Below are positions 60,647 to 64,000 of a DNA stretch of 64,000 nt, one piece after another. The stretch's first letter is position 1; every line of letters starts with the position of its first letter. The translations under genes and the position numbers were made by a program. The DNA is from Alphaproteobacteria bacterium (GTDB lineage: Bacteria; Pseudomonadota; Alphaproteobacteria; CALKHQ01): the NCBI GenBank assembly GCA_965227515.1, contig CBDDFZ010000002.1, forward strand, positions 1,216,001 to 1,280,000, written 5' to 3'. The notes under the pieces are model-generated. The model had not been told where the DNA came from and searched no databases. It worked only from the letters and a program-made list of their open reading frames with translations.

Positions 60647-61651
60647 TTACGGGAAGGGACCGGAGAAGCGACCCCAAACGGAGCGTTCGAAGGCCGCCTT
60701 GCTCTCGTCGTCAAGGCGCTGCAGCAGGGAGCGTGCCTCCTCGCTGTCACTCGCGATCTGGGCGCGCAGGGCATCGAGCCCGTCGAACTTCTGCTCGTCG
60801 CGCAAATGGGCGATCAGGGTCACGTCCAGTCGCTGCCCGTATAGGTCGCCATCGAAGTCGAACAGGTGGACTTCCAGCAATTCGTTCTCGCCGTCGACCG
60901 TTGGCCGGCGGCCGAGATTCGCTACGCCGGGCAGGCATTCCGACCCGTTCGGGCCTGTGCGCGATACCCGCACCGCGTAGACTCCGAACGCGGGCCGCAA
61001 GTGGCGGCCCAGCGCGATGTTGGCGGTCGGAAACCCCAGTGTGCGCCCCAGCTTGCGGCCGGTGGCGACACGGCCCTGGATCGACCAGGTCCAGCCCAAC
61101 AGCTTGGCCGCATCGTTCAGCCTTCCCGCGGCCAGATGTTCCCGGATCGCCGTCGACGAGAAGATGGTGTTCTCGCCGTCGGTCACCGGCACCATCGAGG
61201 TGACGCCGAACTTGCCGGCCTCGGCGCGCGACTGCAGCAGCGTGGCGTCGCCGGCGCGTTTGTGGCCGAAGCGGAAGTTGTGGCCGACAACGACATGGGA
61301 CACGCCCAGGCCGCTGACCAGTACATCGTCGACGAAGCGTTCCGCCGGCATGTTCGCCAGCGCCCGGTTGAAGCGCATGGCAAAGACGGCATCCACGTGC
61401 AGGTGGTGCAACAGTGCCAGCTTCTTGCGCACGGGCGACAGGCGAAAGGGCGGGGCGTCGGGGGCGAAGAGCGCACGCGGATGCGGCTCGAACGTCAGCA
61501 CGGCCAGCGGCGCGTTCAGATGTGCGGCGATGGACCGCGCCTCGCTGATGACAGCCCGATGGCCGAAATGCACGCCGTCGAAGTTGCCGAGCGCCACAAC
61601 GCAGCCGCGCGCACGGGGCGGCACGGTCGTCAGGTCGCGGATCAGCAGCAT
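60647..61651 (-). CDS. ribF: Bifunctional riboflavin kinase/FAD synthetase
   Basis: GNFDGVHFGH, TFEPHP, SSTAIR, GRTLGFPTAN, EVHLFDF. Confidence 0.95.
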   Translation of the reverse strand: MLLIRDLTTVPPRARGCVVALGNFDGVHFGHRAVISEARSIAAHLNAPLAVLTFEPHPRALFAPDAPPFRLSPVRKKLALLHHLHVDAVFAMRFNRALANMPAERFVDDVLVSGLGVSHVVVGHNFRFGHKRAGDATLLQSRAEAGKFGVTSMVPVTDGENTIFSSTAIREHLAAGRLNDAAKLLGWTWSIQGRVATGRKLGRTLGFPTANIALGRHLRPAFGVYAVRVSRTGPNGSECLPGVANLGRRPTVDGENELLEVHLFDFDGDLYGQRLDVTLIAHLRDEQKFDGLDALRAQIASDSEEARSLLQRLDDESKAAFERSVWGRFSGPFP

Positions 61652-61763
61652 CGCGTTGGGGAGGTCGCTCGCATCGCGGGCATTCTTAGCCGTTTTCGGT
61701 CCACTGGCGAACATGATAAACGGCCGCGAGAACGAATGCGTACCAACGGGGGGCAGGCCAACC

Positions 61764-62375
61764 ATGCGCACTATCGACACTATCGAGGCGCTGGAAGCGC
61801 TCTATGGCACACCGGGCCCAGCCTCGACCGTGAAGGTCGCCGACCGGATCACGCCGCAGTACGGCGCGTTCATCGACGCCGCGCCGTTCGCGGCGCTGGC
61901 CACCGTGGGGCCGGAGGGCGTGGACTGCTCGCCCCGCGGCGACATGCGCGGGTTTGTGCGCGTGGCCGATCCGAAAACGCTGATGATGCCCGACCGCCGC
62001 GGCAACAACCGGGTCGACAGCCTGCGCAACATCGTGCGCGACCCGCGCGTGGCCTTGATGTTCATGGTCCCGGGCAGCGGCAATTGCGTGCGCGTCAACG
62101 GACGTGCGGTCGTGGCGGTGGAGCCGGACCTGCTGGCGTCGTTCGAGGTCGACGGCAAGGCGCCGCGTTCGGTGATCGTGACGACTGTCGAGGAGGTCTA
62201 TTTCCAGTGCGCCCGCGCCATCGTGCGCTCAGACCTCTGGAACCCGGCGCATCATGTGGCGCCGGGCAGCCTGCCGACACCCGGCCAGATTCTGGCCGAG
62301 TTGAGCGAGGGCACGGTCGGCGGCGCCGATTACGACCGGGAATGGCCGGAGCGCGCTGCCAAGTCCATGTGGTAG
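61764..62375 (+). CDS. Pyridoxamine 5'-phosphate oxidase-family FMN-binding protein
   Basis: DCSPRGD, PDRRGNNRVDSLRN, YFQCARAIVRS. Confidence 0.88.
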   Translation: MRTIDTIEALEALYGTPGPASTVKVADRITPQYGAFIDAAPFAALATVGPEGVDCSPRGDMRGFVRVADPKTLMMPDRRGNNRVDSLRNIVRDPRVALMFMVPGSGNCVRVNGRAVVAVEPDLLASFEVDGKAPRSVIVTTVEEVYFQCARAIVRSDLWNPAHHVAPGSLPTPGQILAELSEGTVGGADYDREWPERAAKSMW

Positions 62376-62403
62376 TGCCGGTGTGGTAGTGCCGGTGTGG
62401 TAG
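62368..62403 (+). repeat. 14-bp tandem repeat (2.5 copies) at the stop codon
   Basis: tgtggtagtgccgg x2 + tgtggtag. Confidence 0.8.
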
Positions 62404-62445
62404 GGGCTGGCGCGGTTATGGGGCCGCGCCAGCGACAGAATCGGA

Positions 62446-62919
62446 TCAGGCCGCGGCGCGCGTCGGCACCAGGATCTCGGCCTCGCCTTCCAGCACCACG
62501 GTGTCGCCAACCGAGCACACGGTGCGCAGCTTGACGCGGCGGCGCTCGGTCTGGATTTCCAGCACGGTCGCCCGCGTTTCCACGGTTTCGCCGACCCGGA
62601 CCGGGGCTTTGAACTTCAGGTCCTGCTTCAGGTAGATGCAGCCCGGACCCGGCAGCTTGGTGCCGATCAGGGTCGAAATCAGGCTGGCGGTAAGCATGCC
62701 ATGGACGATACGGCCGCCGAAGCGGGTCCGCTTGGCAAACTCCTCGTCCAGATGCAGCGGGTTGGTGTCGCCAGACACGCCGGCGAACATGATCAGGTCC
62801 GCTTCGGTCACCGTCTTGCCGAACACCGCGGTCATGCCCACGGCCAAATCTTCAATGTAGAAGCCGTGCAACTCGTCGATGGACGGTTCGCGGGATACCA
62901 GATTTCCGTCAGGCGCCAT
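62446..62919 (-). CDS. MaoC family (R)-specific enoyl-CoA hydratase (PhaJ-like)
   Basis: FAGVSGDTNPLH, HGML, LPGPG, FKAPV. Confidence 0.9.
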   Translation of the reverse strand: MAPDGNLVSREPSIDELHGFYIEDLAVGMTAVFGKTVTEADLIMFAGVSGDTNPLHLDEEFAKRTRFGGRIVHGMLTASLISTLIGTKLPGPGCIYLKQDLKFKAPVRVGETVETRATVLEIQTERRRVKLRTVCSVGDTVVLEGEAEILVPTRAAA

Positions 62920-62942
62920 TGAGGGTAGCCTCCAAGTGATGA

Positions 62943-63111
62943 TGCATTGCACAAATCCAAAGCGAATATCTGCCGCGCTCTGCCACCCGATTCGGTTGTC
63001 CGGTTCAATGACGAGCCGCAGCGTTGGCTGATTGGCTCAGGAATCGGGCCGCTTCCGGGTACCGCGCGACCGCAGACACCCTCGGTCGTGCAAAATTGTG
63101 CAGCGCACAAT
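62943..63111. promoter_or_regulatory. Two PhaR-like boxes upstream of the MaoC gene
   Basis: TGCATTGCACAA (62943-54) and TGCAGCGCACAA (63099-110, within palindrome attgtgc-agc-gcacaat). Confidence 0.55.
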
Positions 63112-63273
63112 ATAGCGGTCTGTCACAAACCTGCAAGGGGGAACTGGTGGCGGAGTTGTGCGGTCAGGTAACTTCGTGGCGGCGTCGTCGAATCCTCCGC
63201 TTGGCCAGCGCGCTACTGTTCACCACAAATGGTTAACGTATTGCAAGCGCCGCAATCGCGGATGAGCCGGCGG

Positions 63274-64000
63274 TCAGGCGCCGGCCGCCACCGCCCGCTC
63301 GGACTCGGTGTCGTCGATGACCCGATCGATGGGGAAGGTCAGGTTCACGGTGGTGCCGGCATCGCGGGCACTGACGATGTCGAGCTTGCCGCCGTGGAAC
63401 TCCATCAGCGCCCGCGCGATCGGCAGGCCAAGCCCGGTACCCTCGATACCGGTGCGGTCCGGCGTTTCGATCCGGCCGAAAGGTTGCAGCGCGCGCTCGA
63501 TGCCCGCCTCGTCCATGCCGACGCCGGTGTCGATCACCGAAATCCGCATGGTGCCCTCCGGCGTCAGGCGCACGGAGACGCCGATCTCTCCGCCCGTGGG
63601 GGTGAACTTGATGGCATTGCCCAGCAGATTGAGGATGATCTGGCGGAACCTCAGCACGTCGGCGCGCAACTTGGGCAGCGCGTCCGGCAGGTCGCTGACG
63701 AATTCCAACCCGGCCTTGTCGATCTGCTCGGACACCAGGCGCGCGCACGATGCCAACTCGTCGCCGACGTCGAAGATGATGTCGGCCAGGTCCAGTTCCT
63801 CGGCTTCCACCCGCGAGATGTCGATAATGTCGTTGATCAGGTCGCGCAGATGCCTGCCGCTGGTGCTGATGTCCGCGAGATAGCCCTTGTAGCGCGGGGT
63901 GCCGATGGGCCCCAGGGTCTCTTTTTCCATCAGCTCGGCGAAACCGATGATGGCATTCAGCGGCGTGCGCAGTTCATGGCTGACACTGGCGATGAACCGG
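63274..64000 (-). CDS. PleC/DivJ-type histidine kinase, C-terminal part (truncated by window end)
   Basis: SHELRTPLNAIIGFAE, NLLGNAIKFT, DTGVGM, GTGLGL. Confidence 0.9.
   Translation of the reverse strand, partial: RFIASVSHELRTPLNAIIGFAELMEKETLGPIGTPRYKGYLADISTSGRHLRDLINDIIDISRVEAEELDLADIIFDVGDELASCARLVSEQIDKAGLEFVSDLPDALPKLRADVLRFRQIILNLLGNAIKFTPTGGEIGVSVRLTPEGTMRISVIDTGVGMDEAGIERALQPFGRIETPDRTGIEGTGLGLPIARALMEFHGGKLDIVSARDAGTTVNLTFPIDRVIDDTESERAVAAGA

Noticed and set aside
63229-63236. TTAACCAT half-site on the minus strand
   Set aside because: Isolated half-site over 300 bp from the maoC start; insufficient support.
1-64000. tRNA, rRNA, prophage, integrase, retron/RT genes
   Set aside because: No recognisable signatures by eye; a tRNAscan/Infernal run would be needed to exclude small RNAs.

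Overview
GC-rich alphaproteobacterial chromosome segment (Rhodospirillales-like gene content and order). Core genes: ychF 3' end, rpmF, class I lysS, cobS/cobT-DnaJ-bolA, glcF, the maoC-ribF-ileS-lspA-DUF3035-M16 peptidase cluster, and a partial PleC/DivJ-type kinase. Interspersed accessory genes include an orphan flgE with a sigma54 promoter, a Flp pilin with a CtrA-like box, a DUF1800/DUF1501 pair, two YCII + ECF42-type sigma modules, a sugar ABC transporter, a C1/amine cluster and a TorS-like kinase facing a solute-binding protein. Several families of intergenic palindromic repeats (REP-like) are present. Most striking: (1) an IS110/IS1111-type element (22468-23885) inserted at a CT core inside a GTAG-type REP. 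Its 3' non-coding end carries readable guide matches to both the target and the circle junction, as in a bridge/seek RNA. (2) A lower-GC gene for an AbiEi-like + Fic protein, preceded by 23-bp-period tandem repeats. No rRNA, tRNA or CRISPR array was seen. All calls are from motif recognition by eye; no database searches were run.
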